Source: the human T2T-CHM13v2.0 reference genome, Homo sapiens
NCBI RefSeq assembly: GCF_009914755.1
Contig: NC_060931.1
Strand: one strand, 5' to 3'
Length of the DNA: 64,000 nt
How positions within the stretch are numbered: the stretch's first letter is position 1; every line of letters begins with the position of its first letter. The notes beneath the pieces are model-generated. The model did not search any database and had not been told where the DNA came from. It was given only the letters and a program-made list of their open reading frames with translations. Both the position numbers and the translations under genes were made by a program. Of this stretch, positions 14,411-29,199 are shown in pieces.

Positions 14411-16011
14411 GCATGTCTGGGACCCCCGGGATCAGGGGCAGCCCTGGGCCAAAATGGAGAGGTAGGTTCGTTGATCTCAGGCTTCCCCTTGGCGGTGCCT
14501 CAGGTCTCCATGGCTGTTGTGGCCCAGGGCACCCACTGTGGCACCTGGCTCAGCCACAGAACCACTAATCCAAGTTCAACCTCTCACCCCCAGGCCAGAG
14601 GTCCTCTTAAAACAACCCTTACAAAGGGTCCACTGATGTCTTCCCTCGAGGGAAGAGTTCTACCTGGCAGCACATTTCATGGTTCCAGGACATCTGCAGT
14701 TTCCCAGCACTGGCCTTGCTTCTGGTCACGAATGTTACCCAGAGGAAGCATCCCCTTTGCTTCCTAAAGCCCCTTCCCTGACAGTCTCTCTGTAAATGAT
14801 GCTTGCTGAAAGTGGGGCCCCTGTCTGATTGCCCCTCAAATCACACCGAGGTGTGCATTTCCCAGTCTTCTAGGACATAATTTCTCCCTTCATCCATCCA
14901 TATGTTTTTGTTTCCTTGAACATAGCTTTTCAGGACAAAGAACATGAACCTTCCAGACATTTGTTCCTTCACGTGGCACATTTCTCAGCAAGAGGTGGAA
15001 ACAATCCCAGAACCCTCCCCAGGCCCCTTTGGGAAGACGGTCACCTGCGGGCCAGGGCTCTTAAGACTGACTGGGATGGCAGCCCTGGCGGTGAAGCCCA
15101 GCAAGGCCCCTCTGATTGAATTGGTCCTGCTCATCAGAGCTGAAATGCACTTTAACCGGCCTTCGACACCTCTCCATGCTCCTCACAGAAACCGTGGGCT
15201 CCGCATTGGGCTATGAGGTGCTACAGGGCCACGAAAACAGTTTGAGATTTAGCTCCTTTCCCCAAGCATTTGCTGTTTAATGATGGAGCCCGGCGCATGA
15301 ATCTAACAGCAGACATGTTGGGAGCATGCAAGTGCGAGCTGATTAGAAAAGGAAGACCTCACAGTTGCCAGCACACAAAGCCCTAGAAGCGCAGAGGCTT
15401 CCAGGGGGGATTAGGAGATATTTCACGCCAAGGTGACTCTGGGCTTGGCCTTGAACAAAGGTGATTTGGGGGAAAGGGAAAGGATTAAGGATTGCAGGAA
15501 GAGGACAATATAATAGAAATTCCCAAATAGAATGAACACAAATGTTCTGCAGAAGGAGCTGAGCTCAGGGTGTTACTTAAGACAGGGAGGCTTGAAGGGT
15601 GGACAGACATCAAGGGCCTTGGAGGCCAGGTGGGGTGTGGAGACCCGGTGTCACTGTGAGCTGGTGAGCCTGGGACGGAGGCTGGAGGTATTCCAGGTTC
15701 CCATCACTGGTTTGTTCCGACTGCCCACGCCTCGGCTCAATGCCTCCTTGTAAGCTTGTTTTGCAAAGTGTTGTACTAATTACCACCTGTGAGTCCATCT
15801 GTGCACCCACAAAGGCCTGCAGCCTCTGTCACCCGCTCCCCCCCACAACAGGAGTGCAGGCCGCAGCCTATTGCCAAGGGCTGGAGCCAGGAGAACCTCC
15901 ACCTGGGAGCTGCGCTGCTATGGGGCCAGATCGGGGCAGAAAGTGGAGCAGCAGGTCCTATTTCAGCTGCTCCCACCATTCTCTTTCAGCTCACCCTCCT
16001 CGCCATGTTCA

Positions 16012-16336
16012 TTCACACGCACACACAACATACAACACACACACACTGCACACAACATACAACATGCACTACACACCACACACTAGATATACACCAAACA
16101 CAATACTCAGTACACTACACACAGAACATACTACACACACAACACACTCCACAGGCATAACACAGTAGACACACTAAAAACACACACAGTCCACTATGTG
16201 CTACACACAGAACGTACTACACATACAACATAATTCACAAACAACACACACACTAACACACACAACACACTATACCCACACACTACACACACTGAACACA
16301 CATCGTATACACACTACACGAGCAACACGCACACGT
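16012..16336. repeat. Degenerate CA-rich tandem repeat
   Basis: ~320 bp of (CA)n interspersed with ACTACAC/ACAAC units. Confidence 0.9.
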
Positions 16337-16491
16337 AGTCCTTCATGTTGCTTTGACACAGAGCCCGTCTTCCTGCACTTCCAGTCTTAGCAGACACGTA
16401 ATTTAGGACTTTACCAGGTGTCTGAAGCTAATCTGATAAGTTATTGAAAGTTAAATATGCAATAGCATTTTCTTATCTATTTTCATTTCTA

Positions 16492-16888
<397 letters not shown>

Positions 16889-17182
16889 TAACATTCTGGT
16901 GGTACGAGTGTTGCTTGTTATTCCTCCTCTTTTGTACCACTGGGGAAATAAAAACAGATATCAGATATAATGAGCACAGAGTTGACCTCATCAACACCAC
17001 CCCCTCCAACACACACTTCTCTTTCCCCTATGGGATTTTTGGTTATGTGAAGACAATTTCCATCCAATATTTGGGGAAAAATATTAATCCAGTGAAGAAG
17101 CATGAATGCAGGTGTCTTATACTGATAATGTGCTGTCTATTTGGTAATTTGAGTATATGTTGAATTAGAAGTATGTTTGCGG

Positions 17183-17520
17183 GGCTGGGCACAGTGGCTC
17201 ATGCCTGTAATTCCAGCACTTTGGGAGGCCAAGGCAGGTGGATCACTTGAGGTCAGGAGTTCAAGACCAGCCTGGCCAACATGGTGAAACCTCATCTCTA
17301 CTAAAAATACAAAAATTAGCTGGGCGTGGTGGCGGGTACCTGTAATCCCAGCTACTCGGGAGGTTGAAGCAGGAGAATCGCTTGAACCCGGGAGACGGAG
17401 ATTGGTTGCAGTGAGCCGAGATGGTGCCACTGCACTCCAGCCTGGGTGACAGAGCAAGACTCCCTCTCAAAAAAAAAAAAAAAAAAAAAAAGAAAGAAAG
17501 AAAGAAAAAAGAAAGAAAGG
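17183..17520 (+). mobile_element. AluS with poly-A/(GAAA)n tail
   Basis: Full Alu; flanks AAGTATGTTT / GAATATGTTT. Confidence 0.95.
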
Positions 17521-17569
17521 AATATGTTTTGGGGATTCTTATTTATTGCTTCTCTGGTAAAACCCACCT

Positions 17570-17750
17570 GAATCCTGCTCCTCCTCAAGTCTTCTCCATC
17601 TTAGTAAACAGAACCTCCAACCCCCACTGCTCAAGCCAGAAACCTGAGCATCCTCCTTCCTCCATTCACACTTAGCATCTGCACCTGACAGCCAGCCATA
17701 AATCCACCTCGACTATTCTTTCAAAGAACTTCAAGTACATCTACTTTTTA
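17570..17750 (+). mobile_element. L2 fragment
   Basis: TCTTCTCCATCTTAGTAAA...TGCTCAAGCCAGAAACCTG. Confidence 0.6.
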
Positions 17751-18394
17751 AAGACATCTTACTGGGAAATGGTGGATGGGAAACAGATACCGGGGAATTG
17801 GAAGCCCTATAAGTTGACTTGTCTAAATAGGACAATGAACCTGAGATTGAGCTGGGAAAATATTCCTGAACTCCAGGCTCTGCACAGATGGTTGAGCCAG
17901 AGTCTGCGGAGGACTTAAAAATGTATCATTTCCCAAAGATGGTTGCAAAAGAATAAACCAAGAGGAGAATTAATACTATAATTTTATATTTCTTTTTTTC
18001 AATAAATGTTTTAATATAAAGCTTGAGGGTTTCACCAGTTTGACACCATGTTACATGTAATTTCTATAAAAGAATCATGCTTTGTGCAGCCCTAGCACAT
18101 AGTAGGAATGCAAATGTTTTCTGACTAAATGAATGAAGATGGAATTAGTGAATGGATAACAGAAAGATTGACTGGTGGTAAGGAGCTTAAATTTGTAACT
18201 GTTTACAATAGCCCTCTGATCAGTTGCCTTGGCAGTCACGAGAGTCAGAAACAGTATCAGTGTTAAGATTTCATTCATTTCTTCGGAGCTATTAATCAAA
18301 AAATGGGAAACAGGAATGTTGCAGCTTCGTAAGGGAGAAATACACATTAAGAGGTGCCATTTAATGACATAGATGGTTAAATACCTAAAGGCTA

Positions 18395-18960
18395 CATTTG
18401 ATCATTCAGCCAAGAAATATTGATTGAATGCTTACTCTGCATTAGGCACAGAATTAGGGCTGGGATGGAGCAGTAAAAAACAAGCCAAAATATGCTGCCT
18501 CTAGGGGTCTTATGTTCTACCAGGAGACACAGGCAATAAGCAATAAACATAAAAGGATTATACATATAATGTATGCAGAGCGGTATACATATTTGTGTGT
18601 GCATATATGTGTGTGCATACATAGGTTATATATATATGTGCATATATATGTGTGCATACATAAGTTATATATGTACGTGCACATATATAAAATGTAATAT
18701 ATTAGAAGGTGATAAATGACATGAGAGTGACTTAGGGTGGGGAATGGGTAATCAGAAGCTCCCGCATGGGGATCAGGGGAGGTTTCAATTTGGAACTGGG
18801 CATTGCGGAAGATATCACCAGAAGCTGTTACTTCAGCAAGCACTTGAGGAAGGGGAGAGAAAGCCACACAGACATCTCTGGTAGAGCATCTTAGGCTGAG
18901 GGAGTCACCAGCTCAAGGGTCCCGGGGTAGGACATACCTGGAATGGCTGAGGAAGATGGG
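18395..18960 (-). mobile_element. L2 3' region containing a TA/TG-rich microsatellite (~18555-18690)
   Basis: CATTCAGCCAAGAAATATTGATTGAATGCTTACTCTG...TTAGGCAC. Confidence 0.7.
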
Positions 18961-19183
18961 GAGGCCAGCTTCTCCCAGGAAGAGCCAGCTAGTCTGGGCC
19001 ACAGACTTTGCTCAAGGCCATGGGAGCCTCATGGAGACAGAGTTGGTGACGAGCACTTTGCTGATTCAGAGAAGAGTGAGCAAAGACAAGTTTGCCTCTT
19101 TGGGGGTTTCAGAAGAGATGTTTCTGCTTATACCTGACAATATGAGCTGTTGGGTGTCTCCCATCTGCTGTAAAAGGGAGCCT

Positions 19184-19225
19184 TGTATGAGTTAGGGTTT
19201 CCTGGGGAAATAGAACCTATCTATC

Positions 19226-19272
<47 letters not shown>

Positions 19273-19913
19273 ATCTATCTATCTATCTATATCTATCTAC
19301 CTATTCTGTGTGTATATATATATGTGTGTGTGTTCTGTTTATATATATATACACATGCATGTGTGTATATATATGTTCTGTTTATGTATATATATACACA
19401 CACAAATATATATATATGTGAGCTATTCTACATCTTAAGATATTTATTATGAGGAATTTGCTCAGAAATTTTGGAGGCTGAGATGACCCAAGACCTGCAA
19501 TTGGAAAGATGAGGACCCAGGAGAACCAATGATGTCATTCCAGTCTGAGTCCAAAGGCCATAGAATCAGTAGAGCCCATGGTCTAAGTTCTAATCTGAAA
19601 GCCTGCAGGCTAGATACCCAAGAGCCAAGGTTCAGTTCAAGTCCAAAGGCTCAGACAGTCCCAGCTCAGACAGTCAGGCAGCAGGCCTTCCTGTTCCTCT
19701 GGAGAAGGCTGGCATTTTGGTTCTATTCAGGCCTCCAACTGATTGGATGAGGTCCACCTACATCAGGAATGGCTGCCTGCTTTACTCAATCCATCACTTC
19801 AAATGCTGTTATCATCCAGAATTATTCTCACAGACACACTCAGAATTATGTTTGACCAAGCATGTGGGACCCCATGTCCTAGTCATAGTTGACACATAAA
19901 ATTAACCATCCCA
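19184..19913 (-). mobile_element. MLT2B-type (ERVL) solo LTR
   Basis: TGTATGAGTTAGGGTT...CTGATTGGATGAGGTCCACC...GTTGACACATAAAATTAACCATC. Confidence 0.85.
19217..19420. repeat. (TCTA)n tetranucleotide STR followed by (TA)/(TG) repeats
   Basis: Directly visible. Confidence 0.95.
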
Positions 19914-20199
19914 ACTCTCCATCTTTTAGCTTTCATTTACTTAATCTCATTTAAGGATCATGTTTGGCTCTGTGTGGTGCATGTCCACCCTGTAGGCCAA
20001 TCCCTGCAGACAGGGGGAAAAAATATCATCACTGACTCTGTCATCAGGAGGCAGTAGGTGGGTCACTTGTTGATGGCCCCAGCAGAACCATACAAGAGTA
20101 GTCCCCCACAGAGAGATGGTGCCAGATGACAAAAGCAATAAAAAGCCATTGCAGATGAAGTTTTGCACAGTAAATGTTTATACTTGTATGTATATAAGG

Positions 20200-20330
20200 T
20201 GCTTTACTGTATGTTATCTTATTTGTTTCTCACAATCACCATGTGAGATAAAGGTTTGATAAAACTGTACCGTGCAGAGATTAAGTGGCCTACTTAACTA
20301 TGGTCAGATTGCTGCAGAAAGGAAAGACAG
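20200..20330 (-). mobile_element. MIR
   Basis: TTATCTTATTTGTTTCTCACAATCACCATGTGAGATA...AGAGATTAAGTG. Confidence 0.6.
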
Positions 20331-20600
20331 ACTGACTCCCAATCATAAGTGATTTCTGCCATTACCTGGCAGGAAGAAATGGTCCCATTTGGAGTCATTA
20401 CCTTTTCTGATGTCCTGTGACCACAATGGCTATGTAGAAGTGATTTAGAGATTGTTGGGGTACCTAAGGTGGTCCCAAAACTTCTAGGTTAAGACCTGTT
20501 TGTTCAATACTCCCATCCTCGTCCCCCCAGCTCTCACTAGTTTCTCTTGCAATTCCTGACCGAGGCTTGCTTACTTCCTGTTAATTTTGTGCTTCATACC

Positions 20601-21162
20601 TGTGATGGTTAATATTGAGTTATTGAGTGTCAACTTGATTGGATTGAAGGATGCAAAGTATTTTTCCTGGGTGTATCTGTGAGGGTGTTGCCAAAGGAGA
20701 TTAACATTTGAGTCAGTGGACCCAGAAAGGCAGATCCACCCTCAATCTGAGATGGGGGGCACAATCGAATTAGCTGCCAGCGTGGCTAGGATAAAAGCAG
20801 GCAGAGGAACACGGAAGGACTAGACTTGCTGAGTCTTCTGGCCTTCATCTTTCTCCTGTGCTGGATGCTTCCTGCCCTCCAACATCGGACTCCAAGCTCT
20901 TCAGCTTCTGGACTCTTGGACATACAGCAGTGGTTTGCCAGGGGTTCTCAGGCTTTTGGCCACAGACTGAAGGCTGCACTGTCAACTTCGCTACCTTTGA
21001 GGTTTTGGGACTTATACTGGCTTCCTTGCTTCTCAGCTTGCAGAAGGCCTGTTGTGGGACTTCACCTTGTGATCATGTGAGTCAATACTCCTTAATACAC
21101 TCCCTTTCATATATACACGTATCCTATTAGTCCTGTTGGTCTAGAGAACCCTGACCAATACA
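20601..21162 (+). mobile_element. MLT2A2-type (HERV-L) solo LTR, complete
   Basis: TGTGATGGTTAAT...GTCAACTTGATTGGATTGAAGGATGC...CTAGAGAACCCTGACCAATACA; perfect 5-bp TSD ATACC. Confidence 0.9.
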
Positions 21163-21246
21163 ATACCTTTCTAACCACATAACTCCCATCTGTACCCACC
21201 TGTGACTCCTAAGATCAGGCACTTCTCCTTCTCCAAGGTTTCTCTC

Positions 21247-21573
<327 letters not shown>

Positions 21574-22104
21574 AAGTTCTCTTTTTTGAGTAAATAACCA
21601 ACTGAGAAATGTAGACTTCCTAGGATGGTTGTCAATTGAGAAGTCATCTGTCATAGCTGAGGGTGTGCAATTGAGGGAATCTCCTAGAGACAGTGCTTTA
21701 AGACAAGGGAGAAAAAAAACAACCTTCTATGATAGAAATTTTATTATCTGTGCTTCCAAGAACAAGGATGATCTGGTGGCCTCAGACCAGCAGGGCTAGG
21801 GTCAGGAACCAGGGTCTCAGGGCACCTATGAGATTCCAGCCACCAACACTCTCATCAGAGTCAGCCAGCCTCTGATAAAGTGGCTGTGGAAGTACTCATT
21901 TCTCTACAGATTAGGGGTCTTGGCTGTGGGATCCACAGATGGAATGAGTGGGGAAGCTGGCCAGGGAGAAGCCGGGAGCTCGGTCACTCTCTGGGCCATT
22001 CTTGCATCCATGGCCCGACGTCCAACTCCCCACAGAGCTTGGCTGCCTATGGGCTTGCATTGCTTTCAGCACTCCTGCTAATTGAATATCTTCACTGCAG
22101 TCTT

Positions 22105-22356
22105 CTTTTTTGTTTTTTTTTTTTTTTCAGCTGGAGTATTGCTCTGTCTCCCAGGCTGGAGTGCAGTGGGCTCACTGTAACCTCCACCTCCCGGTTCAAT
22201 CTATTCTCCTGCCTCAGACTTCTGAGTAGCTGGGACTACAGGCACCCACCAGCACACCCGGCTAATTTTTGTATTTTTAGTAGAGTCGGGGTTTCACCAT
22301 GTTGGCCAGGCTGGTCTTGAACTCCTGACCTCAAGTGATCCACCCACCTCGGCCTC
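22105..22356 (-). mobile_element. Alu, 5'-truncated with an internal deletion
   Basis: Stops after CCCACCTCGGCCTCC. Confidence 0.9.
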
Positions 22357-23161
22357 CTCGCCAGATGCTCCCTTCTCTTTGGAATTGGGAGGCAAAACTC
22401 ATCCCCTTGCTGTGCTTTTTCAAGCATGATTTAGGGAACTTTGTGATTCCACTCAGCAGAATCTTAGGGGTGTGTGGGAAGGGTTGGATTCTGCCCCACC
22501 CCAGGTCCTACTGTTTAAAAAGCAGACAAGAGACAGGAATGGCTTTGAAAGGGCTCCTCGAAGCCTGCGCCGGAGCCTGCCTCTGCTGATGAGAGTCACG
22601 GGCACTGGGAGCATATGGGGAGCAGAGAAGCAGCACAGCCAGGAGTGAGTACGGGATCCCTGTGATGTCTGAGTGTCTGACCTCCTTCCAGTCACTTCCT
22701 TCCCAGTCACACAGCCCCGGAACTCTAGCGCACTCAGGCAGGGGCTCAGCGTCTTGTCCTGCCACCAACACAGCAAGGACTTTAAACACAGACAGCTCAA
22801 CAAAAGCTTTCCTTTCTTCACTTTGAATTCTCAGTCTCATTTACTCCCCAGATTTCAAAGTGATCCAATAGAATGGGCTTTGAAAACGAGATTACCACAA
22901 AGGTGTAATATTTTAAATGCACTATTTTTTCTGAATTTATTCTTCATATTCTCCAGACTTAAAGAACACTTGATAGCTGAGTCTCAATAGGTTGACTGTC
23001 ACAGTATTTAAATTTTGTTTTCAGACTTTCTATTGTTTTAAACAAAGTGAAATTGTAGTCATTCATTGATACCTCCTTATCTTCTGCCTTTACTGACTTT
23101 AATCATTGAATGAGGAATCTAAACAGAGTTCAGATTTTGATTTAAATAAATAAACAGGAAT

Positions 23162-23533
<372 letters not shown>

Positions 23534-23704
23534 TCAACAGTAATGTCTCTAACCATTAATTTCTCTGCATTCTCCTTAATTAAAATATGCAATTTTATGT
23601 TCATTCGAGCTGTGATTCTCAAGTGAAAAGCAATAATGAATAAAAAAGTATTTATCCCAGAAAAATGACTAGTAAACATGGAATTCCTCCTGGTCCTGCC
23701 TTAT

Positions 23705-23830
23705 TGTTTATTCATTCATTTTTTTCACCCAATATCTATTTACTGAGGACCCCCTCTATGCAAAGCACTATTCTGGGGGTGGATGGGTACTAAAGGTGAG
23801 TAAAACAAGATCCTCATCCTCATGGAGAGA
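23705..23830 (-). mobile_element. L2 3' terminus
   Basis: TTCATTCATT...TATTTACTGAGG...ATGCAAAGCACTATTCTGGG. Confidence 0.65.
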
Positions 23831-24229
23831 AGATGATTCTTTCGAAGCGTGCAGGAAAGGAAGAAATCATAGCTAGAGAAGGGATTCAGGAAACGAGGTG
23901 ATGGCATTTAGACTCACTTAAACTCAGAGTTGATGTCACTGTAACCTTGGGGGCTCCCGGGAATTTCGTGCTGATAGGTTCACGCAGATCAGGCTGCTGG
24001 TCTCTCATCAGAAGTGGGCTAAGATGTGGCCCTCCCATAAAACGTGTGGCCACACGCAGGACTGTCATCGACGGCTCTAACCTCTCCTTCCTGCTGCTTC
24101 TGCACTTAGCAATTTCTTCATAAGCTTGGCATGCCTTGGTTTGGACCGTCTATATGCCTCATTCTACAAAGGAAGAGAGCAAAAGAGAATAACTAGTTAT
24201 TTGAAGAAATCCTGTGGCATGAAAAAGAA

Positions 24230-26010
24230 AGATGGGGGTAAGTAGAGCAACCAGCAGAAACAGACAATCAGGGAAATAAAGGAAAAAATTAGCATCTTCC
24301 ATTAGAAAATGTAGAAAAACTTACCAGTTTACAAAACCAAACAAAACACGGTGTGAAAAAGACTCAATTAGAAAGCAAGAATTAGCTACTGGAAGATAAA
24401 ATCAGATTAGATTTTGGAAGAGAGTGTTAATTAACAATTCAGTGTAAAGGTTCAAAGGGAAGGCTGAGGAAATCGTCTAGAATTTAGAGCACAAAAATAG
24501 AGAGTGGGAAAACGTGAAAAAGACAAGGGGGCCAGAATTTTAATCCAGAAGGTCTAACATTTAATTAACACAACTTTCAGAAAGAGAGACCAACAGGAAT
24601 ACAAACAGCTAATAATCGAATAAAAACTACAGAAAATTATCCGGCCCCAAGTGATAATTGAGTCTTCAAAGCGAAAGAAGCCTTCAAGCATCAGGAGGGA
24701 TGAATGCAAAGATAACCATAGCTGGATATGCATTTAGGAAATGTTACAATGGCAGGTGAAGGAGAATATCATAAAAAGCTTTGAGAGAACTCATAAAACA
24801 GGTAACCTACAAAGAACTGAGGCTTTAGCTGGTGTCAGACATCCTGTCAGCAAGAAAACAGTGAAGCGCCCTCAGAACCTTTTAGGAAAATTATTCTGAT
24901 CTTAGAATCGGTACCAGACTCTCAATCATGCCTAAGAACAAAATCAAGTCACTTTCAGCCAAAAGAGAAAAAAATTGTACCTTCTAAAGCCTTCTTGATG
25001 AAGTCTTTTCAATTCATACTCTAGCAAAATACCCCTGAAAGTGAAGGAAAGGGAAGATGTGGGTATCAGAAACAGAGAAACTAACCTGAGTTTACTGAAG
25101 AGCCATCCTCGGATGACCGTTTTGTCGCAGGGTATGCAAACCATGTGTCCAAATTAGAGCAGGAAGTCAGTGAGCTTCAAAGGCAGTGCCTATCTCAGGA
25201 GAGTGGAGTGGGATGCAGGCAGTGTACAGAACAAGAATAAGGAATATCATGAAAACGACGTAAGTTTCAGCTCCCCTCCCTCCCCAAATGAAGTCCATTT
25301 GAAACTCTAGGAAAAAAACTGTATAAGGAAATTATAGTCTAGATATCAAGAAAACTAAAGCACAATGTAGGACCCTTCCATTGACTCTGGAAATAGAAAA
25401 ATGAAGACTGCATTTCACCACGAGCCTACAGATAATGGTCTTAAGTCCTAAGAATCGTGACATTGGAATTCTAGAAAGGAAGTGATTACATTTTTAGTTT
25501 TTCAAATTTTCAAGATATAAACAAAGCCTAGAAGGCTTCATTATGGATACTAAAAAGAGTGTAAATATTATTAATATTGATGATAAAATATAGAGTACAC
25601 AGAATTTGAGAATAGAGAGGTACAAATACACTCTCTAAAAGTGTGGGTTCAAAAGATACTTGTGAAGTCTGACAAAGACTTAAAATAATATACTTAAGTT
25701 TTAAATGGGACCAATTCGAGGAACTAGAAGAGAGTGAAGCAATTGTAACAACTTGCAATGAACAGAAGGTGGAAATCATGATAAGAGCGCCGAATCCTTT
25801 GCTCTTACAGATAGAATTCAATAAAAGAATAAAAGAATTCAAGAAATAGGGTGACAACATATTATTTAACAATGCGGAAGTGACAATCAGAAGAATTAAA
25901 GCTGCAAAGAGGTAGAAATGGTTATCTCCTGGAAAGGGACTGTTGTAGTACTTTTAATACTTGTGTTACATGTTTTTTAATATTTGTTCAAGTATTACTT
26001 TAATAAAAAT
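24230..26010 (+). mobile_element. HAL1 (half-L1, ORF1-only LINE) or ancient L1 ORF1 remnant
   Basis: Degenerate ORF1-like A-rich sequence (GAGGAAATCGTCTAGAA, TCCAGAAGGTCTAACAT, TTCAGAAAGAGAG) running to a HAL1-like end (AAGGGACTGTTG...TATTACTTTAATAAAAA) with no ORF2. Confidence 0.6.
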
Positions 26011-26221
26011 TATTTATTAAAATATGTTCTTCAACTAAAGTAACTTCAGACATCTTTATCACGTAGGCAAACCTTGGTAGTTGGATAATCAATGACAACA
26101 TAATTGTATAATCAATATGCAGCTATGCATACAGTTACAGATACACATATGTATACAAAATATATAATCTGCTGTATGAATCTCCTCTCATCTGCTTGGT
26201 GCCTTCATGAGGAACATAACC

Positions 26222-26527
<306 letters not shown>

Positions 26528-27039
26528 AACCTTTACCTAAAATGATTTTCTCATTCTAATTCACTGATTATTTATTTATATTTAATTAATATAGATTATT
26601 CTATTGTCTTGCCAGCCCAAGACTCATTTGTACCTTGAAGACTGTGTAGCATATCCTAATTCTGATCTGTTATTGTGTGGACTTTAATATTCAAATAGGT
26701 TGGCTTTTTCTCTTATTTCCAAATTCCAGTGGCCATTTCACTTTTTTGCTGAGGCAACTCAAGGGGAAAACAGGGCTGGTTTGGGGCTTACATAGTCATA
26801 AATGTGATGTGAACTATCCAATTAGGTTATGTGTAGAAGAGAGTGTCCACTTCCCGTAGTAACTGGGGTGGTGTAGGAAGCAGAAGTTATGCGGTGGAAA
26901 TGCAGGGATCAACTAGTAGGAACTATTTTCTTGGACATTCTGGCTTTGAGTGTCCATTTGTGCTGTTCCCATTATTATGTGTGGGGAACTCTGCCATCAC
27001 CACCCCTGCCTGGACATAGAAGGCAAATGACCAGCCTCA

Positions 27040-27195
27040 TTATTTGATTTTGAACAAATTACTATCCTGTTAGTCTCAATTTTCTTATCTGTGAATATGG
27101 GAATAATAATAATGATCTTGCAGGGCTGCTGTTAGGATTAAATAATAGAGTTGATGTAAAGCATTTGCCCATCAGATGCTAAGTCCCCAGTGCCA
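27040..27195 (+). mobile_element. MIR
   Basis: GTCTCAATTTTCTTATCTGTGAATATGGGAATAATAAT...AGGATTAAAT. Confidence 0.75.
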
Positions 27196-27351
27196 GATAT
27201 TACATAATAATATTATGATTTCATCAGCTTTTAATGTTTGAATAGAATCCACTGGGATTTATTTGTAAGCTTAAATTGTGAAGATAGCTAAGTGACTCTT
27301 TTATTCAGTGAACCACACAACCATTGTTTTTAAATTACCAAGTGTACATGA

Positions 27352-27677
27352 CTTTTTATTTATTTTTTTGAGATGGAGTCTCACTTTGTCGCCCAGGTTG
27401 GAGTGCAGTAGCTCGATCTTGGCTCACTGCAACCCCTTTCCCCCCAGGTTCAAGCGATTCTCCTGCCTCAGCCTCCTGATTAACTGGGATTACAGATGCA
27501 AGCCAGCATGCCTTGCTAATTTTTGTATTTTTTGTAGAGACGGGGTTTCACCATGTTGGTCAGGCTGGTCTCAAACTCCAGCCTGTTGAGGTCAAACACA
27601 GGCTGACCTTAAGTGATTTGCCTGCCTTAGCCTCCCAAAGTGCTGGGATTACAGGCATGAGCCACTGTGCCCGGCCA
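27352..27677 (-). mobile_element. AluS carrying a ~23-bp inverted templated insertion
   Basis: Antisense Alu with extra AGCCTGTTGAGGTCAAACACAGG. Confidence 0.93.
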
Positions 27678-27802
27678 GTACGTGGCTTTAGATTAGCTAT
27701 TCTCAAGAGACAGAGACTGTAATAAGATCCTGGAGAGGAGATGGAAGTGGAAATTTTATATTTATCACAAGAGGTCGTATGTTTAAGAAAAGATTGAACA
27801 GA

Positions 27803-28244
27803 AAGCAAATGCTGTATGATTTCACTTATATGTGGAATCTAATATTGTCAAACTTACAGAAGCGAAGAGTAGAATAGTGGTTACCAGGACCTGGGGAGAA
27901 GGGGAAACAGGGAGATGATGGTTAAAACATGCGAAGTTTTAGTTATGCAACATCAATAAGCTCTGGAGATCTACTGTACATCATGTGCCTATAGCTAACA
28001 ATACCGTATTGTGTACCTAAAATTTGCTAAGAGGGTAGATCTTATGTTTCGTTCTTACCACGAAAACCTCAATAATAAAAATAAAGGGAGAAGGAGAAAA
28101 CTTTGAGAGGTAAATGATTATGGCCTTGATGGTGGTGACAGTTTCACAGGTGTATACTTAACCCCAAACTCATTGAGATGTACACATTAAACATGTACAG
28201 CTCTTTGTACTTCATTATATCTCAATGAAGTGGTTAGAAAAAAA
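27803..28244 (+). mobile_element. L1MB-type 3'UTR
   Basis: TGTATGATTTCACTTATATGTGGAATCT...TTGCTAAGAGGGTAGATCTTA...ATATCTCAATGAAG. Confidence 0.85.
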
Positions 28245-28788
28245 TGGTTGGGAGAATAATTCTCTGAAAACTTTTATTAAAATATCATTCTGGTACGTAG
28301 GCGGCCCTTAATAGATATTTATTGTCTATTATCTAGATAGATTGCATAAAAGATCCATGCCACCAAAAGAACATAGGTTTTCCACGTGCATTTTCTATAG
28401 ATATTTAAATTGCCTCTTTAGATTTGAATTGACATGTGAGCCAAACTGTAATTGCCTGCAGTTATTAAAATATAATCTACTTTTTAATGAGGACCCGACA
28501 TTTAAAAAATTCTAAGCTCATGTTATTATTATCGTAAGAACTATAAGTTACCCTTGTAACTATCTCCATTACATCTCAGAGCATGCGCACACCATCCACT
28601 TCAGCTTCACGTGCCTGTTACATTCTAATCCAGGCAAAGGAAGAGGGCACTAAGTTACCTAATAACTCCCAACAAGGAACCATTTCAGAACCTAAACAAC
28701 ATGACAACTGGGGGCCTTAAGTATAGATTAAGTTATTAACACAGTGTACTGCACATTTTGCAAAGTGGTTTTATAAAAAGTAATTTTA

Positions 28789-29106
<318 letters not shown>

Positions 29107-29199
29107 TTAATTATATAGAAAATTAGCAATAAGACTGTGAGAAGCTTATTGCAGTATACAAATATTTGTTACAGCAGGAGAGCAAGAATTCTGGAAAGG

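Noticed and set aside
15740-16390. His/Thr-rich ORFs
   Set aside because: Translation artefacts of the CA-rich tandem repeat.
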